Program-made: the position numbers and the translations under genes | NCBI GenBank assembly: GCA_963422645.2 | Contig: CAXXVO010000002.1 | Coordinates: 96,001-160,000 of the forward strand | Source: Alphaproteobacteria bacterium | GTDB taxonomy: Bacteria; Pseudomonadota; Alphaproteobacteria; UBA828 | Direction: 5' to 3' | Length of the DNA stretch: 64,000 bases | Shown: piece after piece, positions 31,463 to 42,298 of the stretch | Position numbering within the stretch: the first letter of the stretch is position 1 | Layout of the letters: each line of letters begins with the position of its first letter | Notes under the pieces: generated by a model | Databases searched by the model: none | Seen by the model: the letters and a program-made list of their open reading frames with translations, nothing else | What the model was told of the DNA's origin: nothing

Positions 31463-31515
31463 CTCGACGATTTCCTTCTCCACCTTCTCCTCCTCTCAGG
31501 ACTCGACCGGTTGAT

Positions 31516-32064
31516 TCAGGCAGCGCCCCGGCGTTCGGTTTCCTGCAGGCGCGGCATCAGCTCGACCAGGTTGCACGGCCGCCAGCGGTAGTCGAGCTGG
31601 TGTTGCAGGATCTTGTCCCAGCCGTCCTTGCAGGCGCCGGGGGAGCCCGGGAGCGCGAACAGGTAAGTGCCGCCGGCGACGCCACCGGTGGTGCGCGATT
31701 GCATCGTGGACGTGCCGATCAGGTCGTAGCTGAGCTGACGGAACAGCTCGCCGAAGCCCGGAATATCCCGCTCGTAGACGTCGTGGAAGGCCTCGGGCGT
31801 CACGTCGCGGCCGGTCACTCCGGTGCCGCCGGTGGCGATTACCACGTCGACCTCCGGGTCGGCGATCCAGCCCCGGAGGGCGGCCACGATCTCGGCCCGC
31901 TCGTCGGGAACGATGCGGCGCTCGGCGACGCGGTGGCCGGCGCCTTCGATCCGCTCCACCAGCACCCGGCCGGAGCGGTCCTCGGCCAGCCCCCGGGTGT
32001 CCGAGACCGTGAGCACCGCGATGTTCACGGCGCGGAAGGGCCGCTTCTCGTCGATCCCGATCAT
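31516..32064 (-). CDS. moaB: Molybdenum cofactor biosynthesis protein B
   Basis: IAVLTVSDTR, TGGTGVTGRDVTPEA, PGFGELFR, LPGSPGAC, PCNLVE. Confidence 0.92.
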   Translation of the reverse strand: MIGIDEKRPFRAVNIAVLTVSDTRGLAEDRSGRVLVERIEGAGHRVAERRIVPDERAEIVAALRGWIADPEVDVVIATGGTGVTGRDVTPEAFHDVYERDIPGFGELFRQLSYDLIGTSTMQSRTTGGVAGGTYLFALPGSPGACKDGWDKILQHQLDYRWRPCNLVELMPRLQETERRGAA

Positions 32065-32906
32065 GGCAGCGTCTCTCCCTTCTTCATCTTGTCCTCGATC
32101 TCCAACAGGTCGCGCCAGACCTCGCGCTTCGCAGAGGGTGTGCGCAGCAGGTAGGCGGGGTGAAAGGTCGCCGTGGCCTGGATCGCCCCCTCCATTCCCG
32201 GCGTCGAGAAGGGGAACCACTGGCCGCGCAGGCGGGTGATGCCCTCCCGCCGGTTGAGCAGGGCCTTCGCGGCGATGCCGCCCACCAGCACCAGGATGCG
32301 GGGCGCGATCAACTCGATCTGGCGCTCCAGGAAGGGCTGGCAGATGGCGAGCTCCTCGGCGGTGGGCGAGCGGTTGCCGGGCGGCCGCCAGGGCAGCATG
32401 TTGGTGATGTAGACGGCGGAGCGGTCGAGCCCGATCGCCGCCAGCATCCGGTCCAGCAGCCGGCCCGCCGGCCCGACGAAGGGGAGTCCCTGGCGGTCTT
32501 CTTCGGCGCCCGGCGCCTCCCCCACGATCATCAATGCAGCCTGCGGGTTGCCGTCGCCGATCACCGTGTTGGTGGCGGTGCGCTTGAGCGCGCAGCCGTC
32601 GAAGGCACGCACCGCCGCCACCAGCCGATCGAGGCTGGTGCAGGCGGCGGCGATCTCCTGCGCGCTCCAGGTCGCGTCGCCCGGCGGGAGCAGCGATTGC
32701 GCGGGCAGCACCGGCTGAGGGGGCGCAGGCGCTGCCTCGCGTGCGACTGCTGGCTCAGGCGCGGGGGCTGGCGGGGGCTCGGCCGCAGCCGCCAGCGCGT
32801 CGGCCGCTTCCCGGTAGCGATCCCGCGGCGCGTGGTCGATCGCCTGGTCGACGCCGGCGAGCGTGTACCACTCAAGAAGCGCCCGGATCGCCTGGTCACC
32901 GCTCAT
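32061..32906 (-). CDS. Uracil-DNA glycosylase, family 4 type
   Basis: VGEAPGAEEDRQGLPFVG, PWRPPGNR, TFHPAYLLR. Confidence 0.92.
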   Translation of the reverse strand: MSGDQAIRALLEWYTLAGVDQAIDHAPRDRYREAADALAAAAEPPPAPAPEPAVAREAAPAPPQPVLPAQSLLPPGDATWSAQEIAAACTSLDRLVAAVRAFDGCALKRTATNTVIGDGNPQAALMIVGEAPGAEEDRQGLPFVGPAGRLLDRMLAAIGLDRSAVYITNMLPWRPPGNRSPTAEELAICQPFLERQIELIAPRILVLVGGIAAKALLNRREGITRLRGQWFPFSTPGMEGAIQATATFHPAYLLRTPSAKREVWRDLLEIEDKMKKGETLP

Positions 32907-33009
32907 CGGCGGCACGATACCAGACCCGCTCCTGGCGGGCGATTGCATCCCCCACGCGTGCGGCCCAGGATGGTCTCGGAAGCCATACGCATTCGGCAGG
33001 GAGAGAGGG

Positions 33010-34020
33010 ATGAGCGACTACGAGATTTTCGACGCGGGCGATGTGGTGCTGCAGAAGGGTGCGACGCTCAGGGACGCCAAGCTCGCCTACAAGACCTACG
33101 GCACGCTGAACGCCAAGAAGGACAACGTCATCATCCAGCCGACCTGGTACTCCGGCCACCACACCGACGTGGAGTGGACCATCGGCGAGGATCAGGCCCT
33201 CGACCCCAGGCAATACTTCATCATCGTGCCCAACATGCTGGGCAACGGCCTCTCGTCGTCGCCGAGCAACACGCCGGCGCCCTACGACAAGGCGCGCTTC
33301 CCCAACGTCACGGCCTGCGACAACGTGCGCCTGCAGCACCGGCTGGTGACCGAGGTGTTCGGAATCGAGCGCATCAAGCTGGTGACCGGCTGGTCCATGG
33401 GCGCGCTCCAGACCTTCCACTGGGGCTGCCTCTACCCCGACATGGTGGAGCGCATCGTGCCGACCTGCGGCTCCGCCAAGTGCTCGCGCCACAACTTCGT
33501 GTTCCTGGAGGGCGTGAAGGCGGCGCTCACAGCCGACGACGCCTGGAAGGGCGGTTGGTACGACGCACCGCCCACCAAGGGCCTGCGCGCCATGGCGCGG
33601 GTCTATGCGGGCTGGGGCTTCTCCCAGACCTTCTACCGGGTCGAGGAGGACCTCAAGCTCGGCTTCTCATCGCTCGAGGATTTTTTGGTGGCGTTCTGGG
33701 AGGGCTTCTTCATCCACAAGGACGCGAACAACCTGCTCACCATGCTCTGGACCTGGCAGAACGGCGATGTCGGCGACAACGAGATCTACGGCGGCGACTT
33801 CAAGAAGGCGCTCGCCGGGATCAAGGCCAAGGCCATCGTGATGCCGGGGCGCACCGACCTCTACTTCCCGCCGGAGGACAGCGAGATCGAAGTCGACCAC
33901 ATGCCGAATGCCGAGTTGCGCGTGTTCGAGTCCTACTACGGCCACTTCGCCTCGAGCTTCCTGAACCCCGCCGACGTGGCGTTCCAGAACGAAGCGATCA
34001 GGGAGATCCTGGCGAGCTGA
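33010..34020 (+). CDS. Alpha/beta hydrolase, homoserine O-acetyltransferase-like
   Basis: LAYKTYGTLN, GNGLSSSPSN, GWSMG nucleophile elbow, DLYFP, GH. Confidence 0.85.
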   Translation: MSDYEIFDAGDVVLQKGATLRDAKLAYKTYGTLNAKKDNVIIQPTWYSGHHTDVEWTIGEDQALDPRQYFIIVPNMLGNGLSSSPSNTPAPYDKARFPNVTACDNVRLQHRLVTEVFGIERIKLVTGWSMGALQTFHWGCLYPDMVERIVPTCGSAKCSRHNFVFLEGVKAALTADDAWKGGWYDAPPTKGLRAMARVYAGWGFSQTFYRVEEDLKLGFSSLEDFLVAFWEGFFIHKDANNLLTMLWTWQNGDVGDNEIYGGDFKKALAGIKAKAIVMPGRTDLYFPPEDSEIEVDHMPNAELRVFESYYGHFASSFLNPADVAFQNEAIREILAS

Positions 34021-34086
34021 CCCGGAATTCACGCCCCGGTCGCGGCCAGAGCGCTGCACGAGACGCCCGCGCCACAACAATTTTAT

Positions 34087-34136
34087 GTGGGATTCGCGGG
34101 ATAAGTGGGATGTAAGTGGGATAAGTGGGATTCCAC
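34087..34136. repeat. Five G(T/C)GGGAT direct repeats with 9-11 bp spacing
   Basis: Starts at 34087, 34096, 34105, 34116 and 34125 in an intergenic gap between convergent genes. Confidence 0.7.
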
Positions 34137-34256
34137 CCGACAGGCGGTCGATCATCCCGCATGCTGTGGCCCCTTCGTTTTTCCCTTGCATGGCGCGATC
34201 CTGGCGCATGAGCTGCGCGCGGTGCACCGCACCATGTTCCGGGGTTTTCGGCGGGG

Positions 34257-35015
34257 CTACCCCCGGCCGATGAAGGGCATCGTCGTCGCCATCACTGTCA
34301 TGAACTGAACGTTGGCGTCGAGCGGCAGGCGCGCCATGTAGAGCACCGCCTGGGCCACGTTCTCCACCGCCATCGTCGCCTCGGAGGCAACGGAGCCGTC
34401 GGCCTGCGGCACCCCCTGGCTCATGCGCTGGGTCATCTCGGTCGCCGCGTTGCCCACGTCGATCTGGCCGCAGGCGATGTTGTACTTGCGCCCGTCGAGC
34501 GAGGTCGAGCGGGTGAGGCCGGTCACGGCGTGCTTGGTCGACGTGTAGGGCGCGGAGTTGGGCCGGGGCACGTGAGCCGAGATCGAGCCGTTGTTGACGA
34601 TGCGCCCGCCCATGGGCTCCTGCGCCTTCATGATGCGAAAGGCTTCCTGGGTGCAGAGGAAGATGCCCGTGAGGTTGGTATCGACCACCTGCTGCCACTT
34701 GTCGAAGCGGAGGTCTTCCAGCGGCACGGGCGGGGCGCTGATACCGGCATTGTTGAAGAGCAGATCGAGCCGGCCGAACGCGGACTTCGTCTCGGCGAAG
34801 AGCGCCGCGACCTGGTCCGGCTTGCCGACATCGCAGGTCACGGCGATCGCCCTGTCCGCGCCCGCGCCGGCCTCGGCGATGGCCGCCTCCAGCGTCTCCT
34901 GCCGGCGGCCGGAGAAGACCACTGTCCAGCCGTCGGCCAGCAGCCCGTGGGCCGCCGCCTTGCCGATCCCCTGACCCGCGCCCGTCACGAGGGCGACCCT
35001 GCGATCCGCGTTCAT
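34257..35015 (-). CDS. Short-chain dehydrogenase/reductase
   Basis: [23 protein letters not shown] (YxxxK), MPFIGRG end. Confidence 0.92.
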   Translation of the reverse strand: MNADRRVALVTGAGQGIGKAAAHGLLADGWTVVFSGRRQETLEAAIAEAGAGADRAIAVTCDVGKPDQVAALFAETKSAFGRLDLLFNNAGISAPPVPLEDLRFDKWQQVVDTNLTGIFLCTQEAFRIMKAQEPMGGRIVNNGSISAHVPRPNSAPYTSTKHAVTGLTRSTSLDGRKYNIACGQIDVGNAATEMTQRMSQGVPQADGSVASEATMAVENVAQAVLYMARLPLDANVQFMTVMATTMPFIGRG

Positions 35016-35118
35016 GGATGATGTTCCCACGCTTCTGCCGCCAGAGGCGGCGTGCATATCCCTTTCGAGGCACCGCGTATAGCATGGCGCCGAAGCATCG
35101 CGAAATCGCTTCGCCGCA

Positions 35119-36732
35119 TCATCGTGAGCGCTTGCGCTCGCGGAGGTCGTGGCAGCCCGCGACCTGACGCGGGTCGGTGCCGTCGGGGAAGAGCTTCACC
35201 TTCTGCACCTTCTGCGTGCTGGTGACCGGCAGCGTATCGACGAAGAGCAGGTAGCCCGGCGCCTTGTAGTAGGCGAGGCGCTCCAGGCACATGTCCTGCA
35301 GCGCCTCCGCCGCGCCCTGATCCGCGCCCGCACCCGGCGCCGGCACGATGCAGGCCATCACCTCCTCCTGCCGCAGCTCGTCGGGCACCGCGATCACCGC
35401 CGCCTGGGCCACCCGCTCGTCGGCCTGGAGCACGGCCTCGACTTCGGCGGCGGCGATGTTCTCCCCACTGCGGCGGATGATGTTCTTCTTGCGGTCGACG
35501 AAGCAGAGCATGCCGTCGGCAGCCTGGGTCACGACGTCGCCGGTGTGGAACCAGCCGCCCCGCCAGGCTTCGCCGGTCGCTTCCGGGTCCTTGAGATAGC
35601 CGGAGAAGAGCCCGCGCCTGGGATCGTGGCCGGTCATCCGCAGCGTGAGCTCGCCCGGAACGCCCGGCGGCACCGCACGATCCTCGTCGTCGACCACCTG
35701 CACCTCGCAGCCCGAGAGCGGGCGGCCGAAGGCGCGCGTATCGCTTTGCCGGGGCTCGACGCTCGCCCAGGTCGGCATCGCGACCTCGGTCATGCCCCAG
35801 CCCTCGATGAGCGGGAAGCCGAAGCGCGCCTCGAAGGCCTCGTGATGCTTGGGATCGATGCCGGCGCCGGCGCCGAACTTCACGGCATGGGTGCGGTCCT
35901 CGGGCCCTGGCGGCAGGCTGAGCAGGAGCGGCGGCATGATGCCGAGATAGTGAATGATCGTGGCCCGGGTCGCGGCCACATCGGTCCACCAGCTACGAGG
36001 GTGGAAGCGGTCGGCCATGACGATGCACCCGGCCGCGCTCAGCATCGCCATGCTGCCGATGGCGAGCGCGTTTGCATGGTGGAGCGGCAACGGATTGAGC
36101 AGCCGCTCGCAGCCTTCCTCCAACGCCATCAGGCCGCCCGCCTCCCGATACCAGCGCGCCGCATTGAGGAAATAGCGGTTGGTGAGGATGCAGCCCTTGG
36201 GGCGCCCCGTGGTGCCCGAGGTGTAGAGCAGCGCCGCCTCGTCGTCGACGCCGGGCGCGCCAGCTGCGCTGACGCCGCCCAAGGGTGCCGGCAGCCGGGC
36301 CGGGAGAGCGGCGGCATCGACGATCGGCACTGCATGTTTGCAGAGGCGGACCGCAGCCTCGATATCGGCCAGCCGCTCCGGCACCGAGACCACCAGGCCC
36401 GCCTCGGAATGGTCGATGAGATAGACCATCTCGTCCTGCCGCCAGGCCGGGTTGATGGGCACGATGGCGCAGCCCAGGGCGTTGAGCGCCCACCAGTGCA
36501 GGTGGAAATCGGGCCGGTTCTCCAAGAGCAGCGCCACCCGGTGGCCGCGGCCGTAGCCTGCCTCGCGATAGAGAGCGCCGAGCGCCGCCACCCGCTCGCG
36601 CGCCGCGCGGTAGCTGATCTCGACACCATCGGGATGGTAGGGCCTGCCCGCCATGGGCGGCGCGCAGAGGCAGCCGCCCTCCGGCGCGCGCCGGGCCGCC
36701 GCGGCGAACAGGTCGAACACCGTCTCCGTCAT
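35119..36732 (-). CDS. AMP-dependent acyl-CoA ligase (CaiC-like)
   Basis: [36 protein letters not shown]. Confidence 0.9.
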   Translation of the reverse strand: MTETVFDLFAAAARRAPEGGCLCAPPMAGRPYHPDGVEISYRAARERVAALGALYREAGYGRGHRVALLLENRPDFHLHWWALNALGCAIVPINPAWRQDEMVYLIDHSEAGLVVSVPERLADIEAAVRLCKHAVPIVDAAALPARLPAPLGGVSAAGAPGVDDEAALLYTSGTTGRPKGCILTNRYFLNAARWYREAGGLMALEEGCERLLNPLPLHHANALAIGSMAMLSAAGCIVMADRFHPRSWWTDVAATRATIIHYLGIMPPLLLSLPPGPEDRTHAVKFGAGAGIDPKHHEAFEARFGFPLIEGWGMTEVAMPTWASVEPRQSDTRAFGRPLSGCEVQVVDDEDRAVPPGVPGELTLRMTGHDPRRGLFSGYLKDPEATGEAWRGGWFHTGDVVTQAADGMLCFVDRKKNIIRRSGENIAAAEVEAVLQADERVAQAAVIAVPDELRQEEVMACIVPAPGAGADQGAAEALQDMCLERLAYYKAPGYLLFVDTLPVTSTQKVQKVKLFPDGTDPRQVAGCHDLRERKRSR

Positions 36733-36806
36733 CGCTGCTCCGCTTGTCGCTCCCCGGCTGGACGCTTAGGTTGTCGCCCCTTCCGCCATGACGTGAGAGT
36801 CGAAGC

Positions 36807-37055
36807 ATGGGCAGGTTCTACGAACCCGATCTTGGCCGCAATCCGGACGATCCCTTCGCCCGAGACGCCGAGGGCAAACTGATCCGCCGCTCCTTCTGGC
36901 TCGACATGAGCGACCGCTCGCTGGTGCTGGCCATGACGCAGGGCGTCGGCGCCGCGCTCAGCAACGATTATAAGCGCGCTCACCTGGCGGATATCGGCCG
37001 CGCCCACGTGATCGACCAAGTGTGCGTGCAGGAGATATTGCCGCCGGAGAGATAG
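36807..37055 (+). CDS. Hypothetical 82-aa protein
   Basis: Fills the gap between two minus-strand genes, high-GC3 codon usage, protein-like composition. Confidence 0.65.
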   Translation: MGRFYEPDLGRNPDDPFARDAEGKLIRRSFWLDMSDRSLVLAMTQGVGAALSNDYKRAHLADIGRAHVIDQVCVQEILPPER

Positions 37056-37059
37056 GCGG

Positions 37060-37977
37060 CTAAGGCTTCGCCGGCGTCGCCGGCTGGCGCCGCGCAGCGT
37101 GGATCAGCAGGGCGACGCCTGCCAGCATCAGCGCCGCGGCGGCCCACACATAGGCGCTGTGGCTCTCCTGAAAGAAGAGGATGCCCCAGCCGAGACCGGC
37201 CACCACCACCACGTAATTGAACTGCGAGAAGAACACCGGGCCGGCGGCGCGGACGATGATCAGGAAGGTGATGTACATGGTGATGGTGACGCCGGCGGCG
37301 CCCAGGATCGCGAGATCGGCGGCGGTGTCCGGCCCCGGCACCACGTAGGTCTCGCCGAGCCCGATCATCACCGGCGCCAGCAGGATCGCCGCCGCCGTCA
37401 CGATGCCGCTTGCAAAGGTGAGCACCGGTGTCTCCGGCGGATCGATTAAGGCCGCGAGGTTGTTGGTCAACGCGAACGAGGCGGGCGCCAGCAGGGCGAG
37501 CAGGAACCAGACGACCAGGCCGGGGTCCGGCAGGGAAAACGTGGGGATCGCCATTAGCAGGATGCCGCCCACCCCGCACAGCACGCCGATCAGGCTCAAG
37601 GCGCGCACCCGCTCCAGCCGGAGCGTCAGCGCAATCAGATAGGTGATCGGCGGCGAGAGGATCACCACCATGGAGAGGATGCCGGTCGGCAGCTTCGGTG
37701 CGAGCCAGGTCATCAGCGCGACCGGTGCAGCGATGCCGAACAACCCGAGCACGAAATAGACCTTGAGGTGCCGGGCCTCCAGCCGCGGCAGCGCCCGCCG
37801 CCACGCGGCGACGATCAGCAGCAGGACTGCGGCGCCGAGGGTCTGCCAGAAGGTGAACGCGAGCGGCGGAGTCCCGGCGTCCACCGCGATCTTGTTCATG
37901 GTGAAGATGAGCGGATAGACCGCCCCGATCGTGAACAGCAGGAATATCGGGAGAGAAAGCGGCCCGCGGCGCCGCAT
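37060..37977 (-). CDS. DMT/EamA family transporter
   Basis: About 10 TM segments, AGPVFFSQ..Y, WGILFFQE; start approximate. Confidence 0.85.
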   Translation of the reverse strand: MRRRGPLSLPIFLLFTIGAVYPLIFTMNKIAVDAGTPPLAFTFWQTLGAAVLLLIVAAWRRALPRLEARHLKVYFVLGLFGIAAPVALMTWLAPKLPTGILSMVVILSPPITYLIALTLRLERVRALSLIGVLCGVGGILLMAIPTFSLPDPGLVVWFLLALLAPASFALTNNLAALIDPPETPVLTFASGIVTAAAILLAPVMIGLGETYVVPGPDTAADLAILGAAGVTITMYITFLIIVRAAGPVFFSQFNYVVVVAGLGWGILFFQESHSAYVWAAAALMLAGVALLIHAARRQPATPAKP

Positions 37978-38005
37978 CAGGCTTGTGATCCAAGGACGGG
38001 CAGGA

Positions 38006-38803
38006 CTATTGGGCGGCGGCGGTGCGCTCGGGTTCCACCAGGAGACAATCGTCGCCGAGGGCTTCGATCGGCGTGAAGTCCCTGTGCGCGATGTACTCCG
38101 GCCGCTTGAAACGGCGGATCGCGTTATCCACGCAGTTGGCCGAGAAATAGACCGCAAGCCGGCCCCAGGGCGACATGTTGGGCGCGGAGCCGTGCACCAG
38201 ATTACAGTGGAAGAGCAGCGCTGCGCCGGGCTCGCCCTTGGGCGCGACGATTCCGCCTTCCGCAACCAGCTGCTCGATGGTCTCGTTGTCGACCGTCCAG
38301 AGCGGGTAGCTCGTGGTCTCGATGTCGTGGCCGGCCTCGATCCGGCCGCGCCGATGCGAGCGCGGGATGAACATGAGCGGCCCGTTGAACTCGTTCACCG
38401 GGTCGAGGAAGACCGCCAGGTTCATCGCCTGGGGCTCGGGCATGAGGTCGTCCCGCGACCAGGTGCCGTAGTCCTGATGCCACTGCCAGACGTCGCCGTC
38501 GAAGGCGGCCTTGGCGTTCACCTTGAACTGATGGATGTAGATCGGCCCGCCCAGCACCTGCATCGCAGGCTCGACCAGGCGCGGATGGCGCGAGAGCCGC
38601 CAGTAGATGTCGCTATAGGTATGGACGCCGAAGGCAGTACGCACCGCGCCGCTGTGCTCGCGCACGATTTCCGGCCCCTTGCGCGCGAAGACGGCCGGCA
38701 GCGCCGCGCGCAGTGCCGCAGCCTCCTCGGCCGAGAAGAGGTTCGGCAGGAAGAGATAGCCCTCGCGGTCCAGGGTCTCGCACTGTTCGGCCGAAAGCTT
38801 CAT
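38006..38803 (-). CDS. Fe(II)/2-oxoglutarate dioxygenase, PhyH family (ectoine/proline hydroxylase-like)
   Basis: HQFKVNAK, WQWHQD (HxD), NGPLMFIP.SH, VHGSAPN. Confidence 0.88.
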   Translation of the reverse strand: MKLSAEQCETLDREGYLFLPNLFSAEEAAALRAALPAVFARKGPEIVREHSGAVRTAFGVHTYSDIYWRLSRHPRLVEPAMQVLGGPIYIHQFKVNAKAAFDGDVWQWHQDYGTWSRDDLMPEPQAMNLAVFLDPVNEFNGPLMFIPRSHRRGRIEAGHDIETTSYPLWTVDNETIEQLVAEGGIVAPKGEPGAALLFHCNLVHGSAPNMSPWGRLAVYFSANCVDNAIRRFKRPEYIAHRDFTPIEALGDDCLLVEPERTAAAQ

Positions 38804-39104
38804 GGTCCGCTCCCTCCTGCGGCTGAGGCGCAAATTGCGCCCAGAGCGGCGGGTGCGTCAAGACGCCGGATCGGATGCCTTGCCCTGCGGCGCGGCCGGC
38901 CGGTTGACTAGAAAGAGTCCGGCGAGCATGAGCACGAGCGCGAGCCAGATCCAGTAACTGTGGCTCTCGCCGAAGAAGAGCACGCCCCAGCCGATGCCGG
39001 TGAGCGGGATCATGAAGTTGACCGTGGTGAAGAACACGGGGCCGGCGAGGCGGATGATTTCCACCATCAGGTAGAAGACCAGCGCCGTGACCCCCGCCGC
39101 GGCG

Positions 39105-41580
39105 CAATGGCATTCATTTGGCGCGAAGATTGTTCCGGGGTTTTTTTGGTGGTGTCGTAACGAGTTGATTTCTTGTGTGGATTGTCGGTCTCGGCGTTTC
39201 CCGCACGAGGGGGATTGACCGGCGGCGTGTGCTTTGGCACACTGTGGCTGTCCCCCTGTCAGTGGAGCCGGCCCATGGACCCCCGCATCACCGCGCTGAA
39301 GTCGACGACCTTTTTCGGCAGACGTCTGACCCGCCGGCAGATTGCCGACATCCAGGAGACGGTGGCGCTGTTTCCGGCGATCAGCCGCAACGAGCTCGGG
39401 CACACGATCTGCGAGCATTTGAACTGGCGCGCGCCGAGCGGGCGGAACCGTGTCGCGGTCTGCCTGCGGATGCTGGAGGAGTTGGAGCGGCTGGGCATCC
39501 TGACCCTGCCGGCGCGGGACGAGGCGCAGGTGCGGGGGCCGCAGGAGGCGATGGCCCGGAGCGAGCGGACGGCGCCGGCCGCGGCGATCGCGGAGGACCT
39601 GGCCGCGCTGATGCCGCTGCGCCTGTCGATTGCGGCGGGCAAGGAGGAGGGCGGGCTGTGGAACGAGTTCGTCGCGCGCCACCACTATCTCGGGCTGCAT
39701 CGTCTGGGGTCGGCGCGCATCTGCGCTATTTTCTCCTGGACCGCCACGGGCGGCCTCTGGGCTGCCTTCTGTTTGCCCGGGCGTCGCGCACGCTGCCCTG
39801 CCGCGACGAGTGGATCGGGTGGCCGGCGGAAGGCTTCCGCAAGCACCTCGATCTGGTCGTGGGTCACACGCGTTTCCTGATCTTTCCCTGGGTCCGGGTC
39901 GACAACCTGGCGTCGAAAGCGCTGTCGATGGCGCTGCGCCAGCTGCCCGGCGACTGGGAGGCGCGCTTCGGAGCGCGCCCGGTTCTGGTGGAGACCTTCG
40001 TGGACCCCAGCCTCTTCGACGGCGCCTGCTACCGCGCGGCCAACTGGCGCTGTCTCGGCGAGACCGGGGGCGGCAAGGGCAAGACCCGCAAAAGCGTCTA
40101 CGTCTACCCGCTGACGCCGGACTTCCGCTCGATCCTGCTCGAAGGCCCGCGGCCGGCGCGGCGCGGGAACAGGACACGGCCGGCAGCGCTGGCGCCGGAC
40201 GATCCCTTCGTGGCGCTGTGGCAGGACCTGATCGGCGCACTGGCGGCGGTGGCCGCCGATCACGACCGGGTGTGGCAGAGCCGCCGGCGGGTCCTCGACA
40301 CCCTTCTCGTCATGCTCTTCATCTTCCGGCTGGCGTTCTCGAACGGCCGCGCGGGCTACGCCACGACGCTGGCCGGGCTGTGGGAGCAGTGCCGGGTCCT
40401 GGGCGTCGCACTGCCGCAGCCGGCGCCGGTCTCGGCCTCGGCGATGTGCATGGCGCGGGCCAAGGTCGACGAGGCGGTGTTCAAGACGCTGCACGCCGAG
40501 ATCCTCAAGCGCGCCGACGGCCCGGCCTGGAAGGGCCACCGCGTGTTCGCGGTCGACGGCTCCAAGCTCAACCTGCCGCGGCCGCTGCTCAAGGCCGGCT
40601 ACCGCACGCCCTCCGAGGCGGCCCACTACCCGCAGGGCCTGCTGAGTTGCCTCTACCGGCTGCACGCGAACATCCCGGTGGACTTCGACCTGGTCGCGCA
40701 CGGCGACGAAAGAAGGGCCGCCCTCGCCCACCTCAAGGCGCTCTCGGCCAACGACATCGTGGTCTATGACCGCGGCTACTACTCTTGGGAGATGCTGCAC
40801 GCCCATGTCGCCCGCGGCCTGCACCCCGTGTTCCGGATCAAGAAGAAGGCAGGCGCCGCCCTCGACGCCTTCATCGCCGACGGCCGCACGGACGCGCCGA
40901 TCACCGTCGCTCCCGGAAAGGACACCCTGAGAAAGCTGCGCCGCAAGACGCCGCACGTCGACGCCACCCCGCTGCGCCTGCGACTGGTCCGCTACCGCAT
41001 CGGCAGCACGGTCTTCATCCTCGCCACCACCCTCCTCGACCCCAAGGCCTGGAGCGTCGCGGAACTGGCCGAGCTCTATCACGCGCGCTGGGGAATCGAG
41101 GAACTCTACAAGACCTCGAAACAGGCCATGGCCGTCGAGGCCTTCCACAGCCAGACCGAGCGCGGCGTCCGCCAGGAGCTCTTCGCCCACTTCAACCTCA
41201 TCGCCATGACCCGGCTCTTCACCAACCGCAGCAACGCAAGCCTCGACGCCGAGCGCCCTGCCGACGGCAAGCCGGCGATGAAAGCCAACTTCAGCAACGG
41301 CCTCGCCACCGTCGCGCGCAACCTCGAAGCGCTGCTGCTGCGCCATACGGCGATGGTCGCCGAAACCCTCAGCCATGTCCTCTCCTGCATCAACCAGGCG
41401 CGTCAGCGCCCGCGCCCCGGCCGGTCCTGCGAACGCAGGTCGCGCAAACCCCGCGGCAAGTGGGCACGCGCAAAGCGGGCCGTCGCCTGAACACCTGAAC
41501 GACAGAAACGCACGCAACCGACAGCGCAAGAACACGACTCCTTAAGTGAACAGTCGAAAACCGCTAAGTGAATGCCATTG
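39105..41580 (+). mobile_element. IS4-family element, 2476 bp
   Basis: IR CAATGGCATTCA(T/C)TT at both ends; 10-bp palindromic TSD CGCCGCGGCG at 39095-39104 and 41581-41590. Confidence 0.93.
39275..41490 (+). CDS. DUF4338/DruA-like domain fused to an IS4 DDE transposase; one frameshift near 39706
   Basis: N part: ICEHLNW, HHYLG, RDEWIGW, RFLIFPWV, NLASKAL, LVETFVD, YRAANW. C part: AVDGSK, DRGY, YHARWGIEELYK. Confidence 0.75.
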
Positions 41581-42298
41581 CGCCGCGGCGGCCAGCGCCC
41601 AGTCGCCGTCGCTCATCGGCCCCTCGAACCACCACCACTCACCGGTCGCCGCCATCACCACGAACATGAAGACCGCCCCGGTCGCCAGCATGCCTCCGGC
41701 GAGCGGCAGTGCGCCATCAGGCGGCGGCTTGAGCCACGATATGATCAACGCATTCGCGACGTAGAGCACCGCTGCCACGAAGCTCAGCAGCACCCAGGGC
41801 GCCATGTCGGGGGTGGGAAGGCTGGTCTCGGGCACCACCACCAGCGCCACGCCGCCGACGCCGAGGACCAGTCCCACGGTGCGGATCGCGCGGAAGCGGT
41901 CCATGCGAAGGAGCGCGGCAGCGGGATAGGTGAGGATGGGCGTGAGCGTCGCGCCCAGCCCGAGCACGCCCGCCGGCACCTTGGGCGCGACGAAGACCAG
42001 CACGGTGTAGGTCATGCCGAAGGAGATCGTGCCGAGCACGAGATAGCCGCGCATGTGCTCCCACGAGAGCTTGGGCAGCGTGCGGAACACCGCGCCGAGC
42101 GCCAGCAGGATGAGCGCGGCGCCGGTCCCCATCCAGAACACGTAGGGGATGAAGGGAATGCCGTCGGTCGTCGCCAGCCGGTTGAGCGAATAGAGCATGC
42201 CCCAGCCGAGGGCCGAGACCGCCAGCAGAACCGCCGGCCAGAGGAGCGCGTGTGCGCCGCTGCGCGGCTCGGGCCCCGTCACGCGCGCCCCTCCCGCG

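Larger units (their letters stand above)
30032..31483 (-). pseudogene. RidA/Rid family protein interrupted after codon 7 by an IS1595 element
   Basis: Removing the IS and one TSD restores a GAGGAGG RBS plus GTG-EKEIVEIPKLSD...LYISG...DPPART..IEIECVA. Confidence 0.85.
38858..42282 (-). pseudogene. DMT/EamA transporter split by an IS4 element (parts 41581-42282 and 38858-39104)
   Basis: ...DWALAAA | GVTALVFYL..AGPVFFT..WGVLFFGE is rejoined when the IS and one TSD are removed; paralogue of 37060-37977. Confidence 0.88.
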
